The translations under genes were made by a program, and so were the position numbers. Below the pieces are notes generated by a model. It was given only the letters and a program-made list of their open reading frames with translations. It searched no databases and had not been told where the DNA came from. A stretch of DNA of 41,685 bases from Prasinococcaceae sp. CCMP 1430 (taxonomy: Eukaryota > Plantae > Prasinodermophyta), in contig RQSC01000456.1 of the NCBI GenBank assembly GCA_013416795.1, forward strand, positions 12,192 to 53,876, written 5' to 3'. Numbering within the stretch: the first letter of the stretch is position 1; the number at the start of each line of letters is the position of its first letter. Below are positions 8,410 to 19,939 of this stretch, piece after piece.

Positions 8410-9747
8410 TTCCAGGCGGCGGCGGGCCTGGACCGCGCGGCGCTGTCCAAGGGTGGCGTCGGCCGCGGCGACGCCGCGGCGGAGCGGCTGGCGCGGGAGC
8501 TTCCCGCCCGCGCGCGCGCGGCGCAGCTCTGCCGCCAGGAGGCCGTGTCGGCGCTGCCAGTCGCCGCGCTGCGCGTCGCGCCTGGCTCGCGTTGCCTCGA
8601 CATGTGCGCGTCGCCGGGATCGAAGACAATGCAGCTGCTCGAGGCAGTAGGCGCCACGGGGTGCGTGTTCGCCAACGATGCCGACCCGCGCCGTGCGAGG
8701 ACACTGCTCGCGGCGCTGGAGCGGCACGGCAGACTTGGCGTGGGCGGCGAGGCGCCCGCCGACGCCGACTCGCGCCGCTCGCTTGTGGTAACGTGCCACC
8801 GCGGGGAGGCGCTCCCCGCGCCGCGCCGCGGCCGCCGCTTCGACGCGGTGCTCGCTGACGTGCCGTGCAGTGGCGACGGCACTTGCCGCAAGGATGCGAG
8901 CGTGCTGCCACGCTTCTCGCCCGCCGCCGCCAACGCGCTGCACGCCACACAGCTCGCCATCGCGTGGCGGGGGCTGCAGCTACTGGAGGTGGGGGGGTTG
9001 ATGGCTTACTCGACGTGTTCCCTCAACCCAATCGAGGACGAGGCGGTGGTTGCCGCACTGCTGCGGCGCGGGGGCGGCAATGTGGCGCTGGAGGAATGGC
9101 CCGCTGAGGTGCTCCCGCGATTCAGGCGCAGGGGGGGATTGACGACCTGGGGCGTCGCCGACGTCGTCCAGGGCGGGGGGGAAGCAGGCACCGGGGCGGA
9201 GCGCGACGGGGAAGAGGCATGCGGCGAAAGCGACGGCAATGACTGCGAAGACGAGCCTCGGCTGCGCTGGCACGCTCGCGGCGCGGCCGCCGCCAGGCGA
9301 GCGGGCTTTAAAGCCGCCGTCGAGTCAATGTGGCCGCCGACCGAGGACGAGGTTGCCGCGATGGGCCTCAGTCGCTGCTCGCGCGTGCTTCCCGGGGACA
9401 ACGACACCGGCGGGTTCTTCGTCGCACTGCTGCGCAAGACCGGCGAGCTGGCTGGCGGCGAGGAGGAGCGCGCCTCGACGCAGGAGGACCGCCACAGCGC
9501 CGCTGCCGCCAAGCGAGCGGCGCGCGGCCCCTCGGGCACGCGGGAGCTGGGTGCACTGCGCGCCACCGAGGTGCTGCTCCCGACCGGGGAGGTCGGGGCA
9601 AGCGGCGAGGCGCCGCGCGCTGAGGCCGACACTGTGGTGCTCGCACGGGCGGACGGCAGCCTCTTCGCTGCGAGCAGCGCACTCGCCGACTTCGGCGTGG
9701 GCGGCGAGGGGGGGCTGTGCATCCTCGCCGCGGGCGTGCCAATTTAA
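8410..9747 (+). CDS. NSUN2: RNA m5C methyltransferase, NSUN2/Trm4 family (5' part in gap)
   Basis: RQEAVSALP, CLDMCASPGSKTMQL (SAM motif I), FDAVLADVPCSGDGTCRK (motif IV Cys), AYSTCSLNPIEDEAVV (motif VI Cys), RVLPGDNDTGGFFVALLRK. Confidence 0.9.
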   Translation, partial: FQAAAGLDRAALSKGGVGRGDAAAERLARELPARARAAQLCRQEAVSALPVAALRVAPGSRCLDMCASPGSKTMQLLEAVGATGCVFANDADPRRARTLLAALERHGRLGVGGEAPADADSRRSLVVTCHRGEALPAPRRGRRFDAVLADVPCSGDGTCRKDASVLPRFSPAAANALHATQLAIAWRGLQLLEVGGLMAYSTCSLNPIEDEAVVAALLRRGGGNVALEEWPAEVLPRFRRRGGLTTWGVADVVQGGGEAGTGAERDGEEACGESDGNDCEDEPRLRWHARGAAAARRAGFKAAVESMWPPTEDEVAAMGLSRCSRVLPGDNDTGGFFVALLRKTGELAGGEEERASTQEDRHSAAAAKRAARGPSGTRELGALRATEVLLPTGEVGASGEAPRAEADTVVLARADGSLFAASSALADFGVGGEGGLCILAAGVPI

Positions 9748-9831
9748 CGGCCCACCCATTCAACCACCCACTCGCACCCACCCGACGCAGTGTAAGGGCA
9801 TCCCTGAACATCGGAAGGGCCAACAAAAAAA

Positions 9832-12800
9832 TTAGAAGAGCGTCGCATCGGGAGGGCCAGCAATCGCGTCCTCGAGCCGCCGCTGGCGTTCGGTCATGGC
9901 CTGCTGCTGCCGTTCGAGACGCTTGAGTGAAGCCTCGATCTCGGAGAGCGCACTCGCAACGTTCGCCGCGCCCCGCCCGCTGGTGAGCGCCTCCTCTTCC
10001 AGCGTTCGCGTGATGCGTGTATCCACCTGGTCCTCGTCGTCGTCGTTCCAGGCTGTCATCTCTGCGCTGAGTGGCGCGCTGATGGTGCGGGCTTGACCAG
10101 CGCGGGCCCTCGACGGCCGCCCAAGGGACTCCCTCCAGACGACTTCTCTTTGCACGGGCATTGCGTCGGTGCTGAGAATCTTCAGCAGGGGCCTTCTCTG
10201 GGTTCTCCGTTGCTGCACGCTCCCTCGCCAGTGTGTGACCAGCCGCTGCAAGCTCTTATGCCGGCGCTCCTCGTCGACCGTCAATGGATCCTCCCCTTGG
10301 CAGGCCGCGCCAAACTCTTGCCCGGTTTCTTCGCGGATGCGCACTCGTGCTGCATGCCCGCGCCAGTATCGCTGCACAGTGATTGCGCTGCCATCGACTG
10401 ACGCCGGAGACCTGCCGCTATAAAATGCGTACACCTTGCTCAGGTCGGGCGCGCCGTTGGTGTACGCGAGAGCGGCTCCGAGCGCGCGCCACTCCGTGAC
10501 AGCCGAGCGTATGGTGTGCGCTCGGCGACCGCTCGCGTTGCGCGCTGCCGCGAAGTCGCGCGCGATCTCGAAGCTGCTCACAATGATCGCGATGACGAGG
10601 TTCAGGGCGACGATGGAGACCACGATCATGTACAAAAAGTACCAGACATAAAATGGCCACTTGCTCGCAGACGGGAAGTACTCGTTTGGAAAGGGATCGA
10701 AGAGCAAGTTGAACACCGACAGCAGCGTCTCGAAGAAAGTCGTGTAGCCTGGCAGCAACAAGTACCCATTGTAAATTTGGGCAAAGAAACAAAAGCCGAA
10801 GAAGACGAGGCTACCAGATGCCATGAAGAAAAGCAGGGTGCCGGCCGCCACCGCGAGCGTCGTGAGCATCAACGACATGCGCGCGTCGATGTGCGCATAG
10901 CGCAAGACCCTGAGGAAGAGCAGAAGAGCAGTGAATGCGAGCGCGATGAGCCAGTTGTATTCGGCACTACTCGCAGCCTCGATTGCGTCGTCGTAGAGCT
11001 CGTACGGCAGGCGGAGCCTTTCGTCGTACCATTCCTGCACAAAGGATTCCCACACGGCGATGCGCTCTTCAGGCGTTGTTAGGAGCGCCTGTTGCGCCTG
11101 CAGTTGCAGCTGCTCTCCCAGCGGAGGGCTCATTTGGAAGTTGAGCTGGAGGGCGTCGCTGTAGGCTTTCCAGTCTATGTCGTACCACCCTTCTGGCAGC
11201 GGCGGCGCCTCCCCACCGCAGACCTCGTCGACGTCCTCGCACCCCCCTCCGATGGTATTGGCGAGCTGTAGGTCGCACGTGCAGGCGCCTTCGTTGTTGG
11301 GGAAGCCACACCAAGTCACGTTGGGTGGGCCCCGCGTGACTCCCTCGCCCGCGTGCACGCAGCTTCGGCTCAAATTCGAGGGGGGTGGCTCGAATGGCGA
11401 CGCCTCTCCAGTCTCAATCGGCGGCGATTGCCCAGATGACCCCCCTCCGCCAACGCTCTGTTTCGACCGCGTCCATGGGCGGCCTAACCAGAAGTACGGC
11501 TCCTCACCAAAGATGGCTGAGTTCAGGTAGAAATCTCGTAGGTAGCCCGGATCGTTCTTCGGCACCCAATGACGCGTCGTGAGGTTTCGCAGCTCATCCG
11601 CTGAGCACACGGTGTGGCAGTTGCCCCACTTGCTAGCGCAGCACATCGGCGAATACAGAGTTTCAAGGCTCTGGCCTGTCGCGAAAACGGTCTCGCCGCA
11701 GCATGTGAGCGTGACGTCGTCCCAGCTCTGCGAACCCATGGGCTCCAGGGCGTCAAGACCGATTTGCGCGCCGGTGACTGCGTTGTGCTTGTCGACGTAC
11801 ACGACGTACAGCGCTATGCACGTAATCATGACGGCGAACGTGATTGTGTCGAAGACCATCCACTTGCGACTGGCAGCCGAGGCCAGCGTCCGCCAGAACC
11901 TGTACATGACGTGCGGCGTTCTGTACCGAAGCGAGCGCTCTATCGCCCACAGGCGCCCCACGATCGGGAAGCAGAGATAAAAGCACGTGAAGATGACGAA
12001 TATCACCTGGAAGACCGCGAGGGCGACGCCCTGTGCTCCGGGATAGAGGTCCATGGGGAGAAAGACATACGAGATCCCAGTGCTTGAGTGGCGTGCCTCG
12101 GTGCTGTCATATTGCGCAAGCACCCAGAGCGAGTCTGTTGCGAACCCGTTCTCTCGCTCGCCATTGACCGACAGGCCGTTGTTGCTCCCCTTGTGCGCGC
12201 CCGGCTCTGCCGCGGTGACATTCCACTGGCCGGATCCACTGTTTGGCGGCGTCCTGCGCAGCAGCATGCGCCAACCCATGTCGATCTCAGCACAACACTC
12301 GCCATTGGTGGTGCCGCTGGCTCGTCTGTCATCACTAGCGCTCGAGGTGAACACGCCGGTCGCTTGTATGCAATTGGAATCGTTTGTGAGCGCCTGGAGA
12401 CTGGTCGCGAGAACATCTGGGTCGAGGGGCGAGCACATGTCGTTCAAGTTCTGGACAAAAACACGCGCAGTGCGTGAAGTCAGTGGTGGACAGACATTCG
12501 CCGCAAAATGCGTGAGTGTGGCAGGCTCAGTTCCGGAGGCGGCGCGCACGTACATGAAAGCTCGTCGACCTGCGCCTGTGGACCTCACATGCCATCTGGA
12601 TGCCATTAGCGCAAGCGAGCTCGACATGGGCGCTCACTCTGTCGGACGCTCCGAAGGAGTAGCCGTAGGAGGGCGACGTGTGCCAGTTTATTTCCGACGC
12701 AGTGATGTTGTCGAATGCGTCGAAGTTGTACAGCGGCCAGAGTCCCCGCAGGTCTCCACCCACGAAATCCGTTGAAAAGTTGGCCAGACTCTCCCGTGCC

Positions 12801-13720
12801 AGGAGCGTTCGCACGGGCGAGTAGTCGAAGAGCAACGAGTCGTGAAAGCGCACTCCGTATGCGAGAGACGTGTCGCCAAGAGGTGTGCGTGGCAGGCCGT
12901 CGGCGAGGTCCATCTTGAGCCACGTGGCCATGAGCTGGTACTTGGAGTGCAGGCGAAAGTCCTCATAGCTGCAGCCCTCGCAACGTGTCGGCCTGTGGAA
13001 CGTGCGCGCCACTTGCATGGCCCAAGTGAACGCGGCGTTTGTCTCGGACATGACGCGGTCGGTCTCCACCAGCGTGTTGCGCGACTCCCAAAGCACCGTG
13101 TCGGGGCACAGCGCCGGTGTCGAGAGACCCGGCCCGAGTGGGCCATAGCCACGATTGGAGAGAGTGCTGCCCGCCACTGACGATGACGAGCTTCGTCGCC
13201 CTTTCGCAAAGAGGGCGTCGATCTCGCTCTCTATCTCAGCACGCTCCCCGTACGAGCGCAGCGTAGGCAACAACTGCAGCATCACGACGAAGCACGCCAG
13301 AAAAAAGAGGTAGAGGAGCGGCTCAAATATGGCCCTCGAGAGTTTTGCCCTGCGCTCGGAGAGCTCAGCGTAACTCACCGGGACGTGGGTCATGCCGAGG
13401 CGGACGGTTTGCGGGACACGCCAGTGGTCCTTGTGCGCAGGTCTTCGCCGCAAGCTGGGGTCGCGCCTCGGGAAGCTGCCACCGTCGCGGAGCGAAGCAC
13501 CATCGTCCTCCCCGTCAAGCACGCCGCTCCTGAAATTGGCACTGCCCCCCACGCTACTGCCGCGGCTGCCGCTGCTCGAGTACGTCCAGAACGACCGGAA
13601 CTTTGCCCACCTCTGCTGCGGGTGGTGCGGCGTGGCGGCCTCCACGTCGTCCTCCGCCTGCGTCGGCGGCCGCGCGGCGTCATAGTACGCCTCCCCCCCG
13701 ACTCGGAGTGCCGGTGCCAT
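9832..13720 (-). CDS. PKD2: Polycystin-2/TRPP-like 6-TM cation channel with large extracellular loops, IQ motif and C-terminal coiled coil; intron 12553..12451
   Basis: ORFs 12527..13801 and 9832..12627 join by a phase-0 intron (CAT|GTACGT...ACTGAC...TTTTGTCCAG|AAC). S1 LLYLFFLACFVVML; long S1-S2 loop; S2; S3 KWMVFDTITF; S4 LLFLRVLRY; S5; pore TFFETLLSVFNLL; S6 YFLYMIVVSIVALNLVIAII. Start uncertain. Confidence 0.82.
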
Positions 13721-14403
13721 CACTACTGTCAATTTTCCCGCCGCGGACGGGGGACGGCCGCCTGGCGCCGCCACCGGCCGCCACCCGTTCCCGCCCGCCA
13801 CCCGCGCGCCCCGCTGGCGGTCCCACAGCCGCTCCCTCGGCTGCAGCCACCGCCTGGCACCGTCTTCCCGCCTTTGCCCGGCGCCGCCGCACCGCTGCTG
13901 CCGGCGTCCGCCACCGCCGCGCGCGTGCTGTGTGGCGCTCGCCTACCGTTTAGAGATCGCCACTCGCGCCTTCCGCGCGGATTTGCCAGATCTCTTCCCA
14001 CCTCTCCCACCCAGGCCGCCACCCGTGGTGCCCAATGGGTGGCAGCCGAGAGCAGCGCCAGGCTCACACCACTGGACAACATGTAGAAAGAAAATGAAAC
14101 TTTACACGTGCACAGGAGCGGCCACTGCTAACGAGGCGCTCCCACGAGGCACCAGCCGAGCACGACAATCACCGAGTGCGGGCGCAGCCGCTGCGGGGCG
14201 CCAGACTGCGCATCGGCGCCGGCGTCGGCGTCGGACAGCGCGTCCGTCGGTGCCGTCGGGGCCGAGCGGCGCGCAGGGCGCCGGCGGCGTTTGTGATCGA
14301 GCGGTCGAGGCGGCCGGGGGGCGCAGCGGTCGCGCACGCCTTGCGCGGTGAACGCGGCGGCGGGCTTGCCTCCGCCCCATCCCCGCGCAACTCCTCCGCC
14401 GCC

Positions 14404-15219
14404 ATGACGGGTGGCGCTGCGGGGCCACTGATGCTCTCGCTGCTGGCAGGGCTGTCGACTGGGATCGGCGGTGTGCTGAGCGTCGTGCGGATGCCGGGCG
14501 CGTGCGCGCTCGCCGCCCTGCTAGGCCTCGCGGCGGGCGTGATGGGCTACCTCGCCGTCGTCGAGATGTGGATTGACAACGCGCTGGAGCACGCCGCGCC
14601 GGTGCGAACGACGCTCATGTTCCTCGTGGGGGCGGCGGCGTTCCTCGCGCTGGAGCCGCTGCTGCCGGAGCCTGCCGTGGGCGCGGCAGTGGCAGGGGGC
14701 ACGGGGCAACGCAACGGCACGCGCACGAGGGCGCACGCGGACGGTGGGAAGCAGCGGCAGCGGCTGCTGCGCCTCGGCGTCCTGATGGCTGTTACGATGA
14801 CCCTGCACAACCTGCCAGAAGGGTTCGCCGTCGGCGTGGCAGCACTGACGGACTCTGGCCCGCTGATCGCGCTGGGAATCGGCCTCCACAACATCCCCGA
14901 GGGGGTGGTCATCGCTGCGCCCATCTACGCGGCGACCGGCAGCAGGCTGCGCGCGGTCGGTGCCGCGCTCGCGAGCGGGCTGAGCGAGCCGCTCGGCGCG
15001 GCTGCGGCGCTGGCGCTCGTGCGCGCCTCAGGCGCGAGCGTCGACGAGGCCGCGCTGCACGCGCTCTTGGCGGCCGTCGGCGGCCTCATGTTCGCAGTGT
15101 GCGCCGTCGAGCTGCTCCCAGAGGCCCGCCAGTGCGGCGCGCCAGCGCACATGTGGGGGGGCATCGCGGCGGGAGTCCTGCTAATCGCAGCCGTCAGCCA
15201 CTACTGTGAGGGTCACTAG
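14404..15219 (+). CDS. zupT: ZIP-family zinc/iron transporter (ZupT/ZIP11/ZTP29-like)
   Basis: LSLLAGLSTGIGG, LGLAAGVM, TLHNLPEGFAVG, IGLHNIPEG, SGLSEPLGA; about 8 hydrophobic segments. Confidence 0.92.
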   Translation: MTGGAAGPLMLSLLAGLSTGIGGVLSVVRMPGACALAALLGLAAGVMGYLAVVEMWIDNALEHAAPVRTTLMFLVGAAAFLALEPLLPEPAVGAAVAGGTGQRNGTRTRAHADGGKQRQRLLRLGVLMAVTMTLHNLPEGFAVGVAALTDSGPLIALGIGLHNIPEGVVIAAPIYAATGSRLRAVGAALASGLSEPLGAAAALALVRASGASVDEAALHALLAAVGGLMFAVCAVELLPEARQCGAPAHMWGGIAAGVLLIAAVSHYCEGH

Positions 15220-15283
15220 CTGCACCGTCGTGTGGGTATATAATGTACAGTAGTTAACGACACGGCACAAGCTGACTGACGGC

Positions 15284-18200
15284 TCACTTCTTCCTGGCGC
15301 GCGTGCTCTGCTTCGTGGCGCTGGCGACGACCTTGACCTCGACCATCAGCCCCTTGCGACGGCGTACGCCATCGACGAGCCGTCGCGCCACATTGGTGGT
15401 GGGGACGTCACCGCCCTCGCCGTGCTCCTCGCGCTCATCCTCGGTGAGCGGCACGAAGAGCGGATCCGTCTCGACCGCCTCCCCGGAGATGGGCTCCCAG
15501 TGTGAGAACATGAGCATAGCGGATGCCGCGCCGCTCGTGCGCGTGCGCAGCTCATCTGCGAAGCCAAATGACTCGGCGACAGGCATGTGCGCGAGGATGA
15601 GGAAGCTGTCCGCACCTTCCACCATCTGCGGACGAGATTATTCGTCAGCGGTGTCAGCGCTTCAGCTTGAGGGCACAGCGCGTCGGGCGAGCGCGTCCGG
15701 CCATGGGCGCGCCAACGAGCCACCGCGCGGCCAGCGTCACGGGCGCGGCGCAATGCGTACCTCCTCGCGCAACACGCGCCCGCGGCGGCGACTGATGGAT
15801 GCATACGCACCGCCGAGCGCGTCCGTGCGAGCGCCGCACTCGCAGATGTACATCGCCTCAACCAGTCGCGGCCCGCTCGCCAGCATAGCCGCGCGCAGCG
15901 CCTCCTTGGTCGCGCTCAGCGCCTGGCCCGACAGCGCCGACAGATTCGCCCCACCCGCACCGCCTGCGGCACTGCCGACCGAGGCCTTCCCGTCGCCCCC
16001 CGTGCCCTCGGCCGCGTCTCTGCTGGCGCTTGTATCGAGGCACGCCTCCACCTCGAACGCCACCGCCCACATGGGCTCGTTGCAAAGCGGGCCTGCCTGC
16101 GCTGCAGCCTGGAAGCCCGCGAGCACTCCCGCCTCGAGAGTCGCCAGCTGCGTTCCGAGTTGGTCGACGGCAGCGACTAGACCGGGGTCCCCCTTGGCCT
16201 CGGCCTGAGCCTCACCATCACAATCGCCGTCGACGAGGCGCAGGCGCCGGGAAGCGGCAGGGTGGCCCAGAGGAATCCAACGTTCGCTGAGAGCGTCCGC
16301 ATCTCCGCCTGCGATCGCGTCCGCCGCGGTGGCCCGCAGCGCTGCATCGCGCGCACATCTGCCACCGTCGCGTCCGGCAGCGAGCAGCATGCACGCGCCC
16401 GTGTTGTGCGGCCCCAGCGACCACATCCGCGCGAGCAGCTCGGCAGGTTGCAGACCCATCGTGTCAGGCGCCTCGGCGCCCCACGCGCCGTCGGCCGCCT
16501 GCTCGCTCACCTGACCTGCGGCAGCCAGCAGGCGGTCGTGCACAGCCCGCGCCGCCTCGGCGACAACGGGTGCGTCATGCTCGCGATCGTCGCCAGCACT
16601 GGCGGGACCGCTGCCTGGGGCCTGCTCTGTCACGGTCGCTGCGATCGCACCCACGTCGGCATCGACGCCGGCGCCGCCTTCGGCGCCGCCGAGGGCGGCC
16701 GCGAGCTCGTCCCTGGACTCGTCGATGGCTTTGGCGAGGGTGAGTGGGATGCGCGCGCAGCGCACGCGAAGCCGCGCCACGGCAGCGTGCGCGCCACCGC
16801 CGAGCGACACCTCGGCGGCCCATTTCATGCCCGCACCCACGCGCGTGCCGTCGGCAGGAACCGCGGCACCGCGCCAGTATGCTGGGAGCGCACTGGGCTG
16901 CGGCGGCGGACGCTGCTCTTCGGCGCTCGCGAGGCTCTCGCGAAACGCAATCAGAGGGGCGCTCACTCGCACGGGCACGCGAGCGAAGCGCTCCTGCAGG
17001 TCCTTGACGCATCGCTCGAGGTGCACCTCGCCCGCCGCACCGACCACGAGCTCGCCTGTGGGCTCTTGCACGACGTCCACGAAGGGGTCGGCTTGGTTGA
17101 GGAGCCGCAGGCCCGCCTCGAGCTGCGGCAGGTCCGTGGCGCAGCTTGGCTCCACCGCCACGCGCACGATGGGCGCGGCGGGGAAGGACATCGGTGCCAG
17201 CGCGCGCGAGAGCGGCGTCGACGCGAGCGTGGCGCTTTTGAGGATACGCGACGACAACCCAGCGATGGCCACGAGGTTGCCCGCGGGCACGCTCTCCACG
17301 GGCTCTAGCGCGCGACCCATCGGTAGAAAGAGCTCGACCGAGCCTGGCGGCAGCACGCGCGCCGCCGCCGCTTCAACACAGGCCGCATCGCTGGGATCAT
17401 GGGCGGCGTTGAGCACGTAGAGTGACGTGGCGGCCGTGAGCACGCCCGAGAACACGCGCGCGACCGCCACGAAGATCTGCGGTGGCGCATCACCGCTGTC
17501 AATCTCGGCCGCAGCTGCTTCGGTTCGCGCCGCCGCCGCCGCCGCTGACTGCGGCGGGAGGTCGGCGAGCTCGACCGACACCATCTTGGCGACGTACGCA
17601 ACCACAGGCGCTGACTCGTCCGACGAGCACTGCGCGATTGCGCGCGAGCACGCCGCGGTCTCCTCGGCCTCATCGGGGCGCGATGGCAGCTCGTTGCGCT
17701 TGCGCGCTGCGCCGCTCGCGCCCAGAAGGTGCGGAGCCCGCGTGGCGGCGGCATCAGCCGGCGAGGGCAGAGCGTGCGCCACGTTCGAGAGCACCGCCTT
17801 CGCCAGCGGGAGCCACGCTCGCATGACGCTGCGCACGGCGCTGGCGGTCTCCGCCTTGGACAGCTCCCGCGCAGGCACCGACAGCTTCATCTTCGAGGCC
17901 AGCGCGGTGAGCAGCGGCCGGCCGGCCTGCGCGTCATCCTCTGCGGCGGTGCTGTACACCCGCCATATGGGCTCCAGGCAGAGCTGCGCGAACATGGGCT
18001 TGAGCTTGTTGCCCGCGAGCTTGCGCCCCACGATGCGGCGCGTCTTCGGGTGGTAGTACCTGTCCCCCCACAGCCCCTTGAGCAGCGCGCGGCGCGAGGC
18101 GCCCATCTTCGCGGCGTACATGTCGGCGAACTGGTCGATGGTGAACGCCCAGCCGTCGTAGGCGGAGGCGAAGGCGACGTTGCCGCGCTCGGGGCTGAAC

Positions 18201-18907
18201 ATGTCCTCGTCGTCGTCGTCGTCGAGCAGCGCCTCCAGCTCGGCCGAGGCGTCCTCGATGCTGATGCTCACGTCCTCCGCGTCGGCCTCGTCGCCCTCGC
18301 GCGCCTCGCGCGCGGCCTCCGCGTCCATTGCGAGCTCATCGGCGCGAGAGATGTACTCCTCCGAGCGGAACGTGCCAATGAGCAGGTTGACGTCCGCCAC
18401 GACGCGCCTGAGACGCTGGTAGGCCTCCTCCGGTGTGAGGCACAGCTCGCTGATGAGGCGGTCCACCTTGTTGAGGACGAGCGTCATGCCGAGCCCCTCG
18501 TCCCATGCCTGGCGCAGCGTGGCGCGCGTCTGGATGCACACGCCCTCCAGCGCGTCCACGACCACGATGGCGCCGTCGGAGAGGCGTACGGCGGCCGACA
18601 CCTCCGAGCAGAAGTCGACGTGCCCTGGCGAGTCGATGAGGTTGACGAGGTGGCGCCCGTCGCCGCCCTCGTGGAGCAGTGAGATGGAGCTCGCCTTCAT
18701 CGTGATGCACCGCTGCTGCTCGTCCTCGCGCGTGTCGAGGTAGCGCAGCGAGCCAGCCAGCCGCGGGTGTATGATGCCGTTCGACGCGATGAGCCCATCG
18801 GTGAGCGTCGTCTTGCCGTGGTCGACGTGCGCCACCACGCACACGTTGCGCACCCGCGCCGTGCACGACTGCAGCGACGTCAGCGTCGACGTCGCCACCT
18901 CCGGCAT
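15284..18907 (-). CDS. EFL1: Elongation factor-like GTPase 1 (EFL1/Ria1), 60S maturation; intron 15760..15626
   Basis: RNVCVVAHVDHGKTTL, RYLDTREDEQQRCITMKASSI, NLIDSPGHVDF, NKVD, LNQADP, GAAGEVHLERC, GPLCNEP, C-terminal RRRKGL...ATKQSTRARKK*. Intron GTACGC...GCTGAC...CGCAG. Confidence 0.95.
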
Positions 18908-18986
18908 GGCGCCCGCGCGGCGCGGCGCGCGCGCGCCCGCNGCGCGCCAGCGTGCGCGTGGCACGGGGGGGCATGGGCGGTGCTAG

Positions 18987-19346
18987 CACAGCTCCGCGGA
19001 GGAGGCGGACACATGCGCGGGCGACGGCAGCGTCTGGCTGACGGTGAAGCGCACGGCGTTCAAGAGCAAGGCGGCGCGGCGCAAAGCCAAGCGCGCCGCG
19101 ACGGAGGCAGGCCTGTCGCGCGCGCAGGTGGCCGCGGCCGCGGCGAGCGGCGGCGCGGGCGAGGGGGAGTTCGCGTGCCTCGTGCGCGCGACCGACGGCG
19201 ACAAGAAGATCTCGCTCACCGTGCGCGCGGCGCAGCGCGCCCACTTCCAGTCGACGCTCGCCGCGCTCATGCGCGAGCGTGCCAGCGCCCTCAAGAAGCG
19301 CGACCGCACCAAGGACAAGGCCGCCAAGAAGAGGGCCAAGCGGTAG
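18987..19346 (+). CDS. SRP14: Signal recognition particle 14 kDa subunit (first exon missing near the N at 18941)
   Basis: GSVWLTVKR...CLVRATDGDKKISLTV...FQSTLAALMR...ALKKRDR matches SRP14. The in-frame CTAG at 18983-18986 is a probable acceptor. Confidence 0.9.
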   Translation, partial: HSSAEEADTCAGDGSVWLTVKRTAFKSKAARRKAKRAATEAGLSRAQVAAAAASGGAGEGEFACLVRATDGDKKISLTVRAAQRAHFQSTLAALMRERASALKKRDRTKDKAAKKRAKR

Positions 19347-19533
19347 CACCCCCCCGGCGCCCTCGCGCACCTGTACACGTACACGCATTCGTCCCCGGCC
19401 GCACGCCGCCGCCCGGCCCCGCGCCAGCGCTCGCGCTTGCTGCTGCCGCCCCCAACCCTATTTTGTGACCGTCGAAGATACATTCGTTTTGACGTATTTG
19501 ATAAGTCGCCCGTGGGTGGATTGATCCGGGTCA

Positions 19534-19553
19534 AAACCCTAAACCCTAAACCC
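19534..19553 (+). promoter_or_regulatory. Telo-box / short interstitial plant-type telomere repeat (AAACCCT)x2.9
   Basis: AAACCCTAAACCCTAAACCC between SRP14 and TMCO1. Confidence 0.65.
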
Positions 19554-19939
19554 AAAACGCACTCTTGCGACGGGCGCGCGCACCGGGGGCCACACACAGC
19601 GCGCGCGCGGCGCGGCGACCGAGGTAGAACGAACCGACGTTGCGCATACTCGCTGACCCGTTCCGGATCGCCTGCAGGGAGGGCGCGCGCGAGAGAGAGG
19701 CGCGCGGCGGCCGGTGCGATCGATCCGACCTCCGGCCGCTCCGCGCGCCCGCGGCGACGAGGCGCGCGCGTGCGGAGTCAGAGAGGGAAGGGAGGGGGTG
19801 GGTGAAGGGGGTCAGGCCATGCATCGCCTCTCGCGCCGCGCTTTTCGCGCCCGCCCATTGCCACGCGCAGGCGGGAACCCCGCGCCCGCGCGTGATACAC
19901 ATGTGTGGGCCGGCGGCTGCCGCTTAGCGGCGAACATCG

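Noticed and set aside
12451-12627. Overlap of the two PKD2 ORFs as a programmed frameshift
   Set aside because: Fully explained by a phase-0 GT-AG intron (12553..12451) with an ACTGAC branch point.
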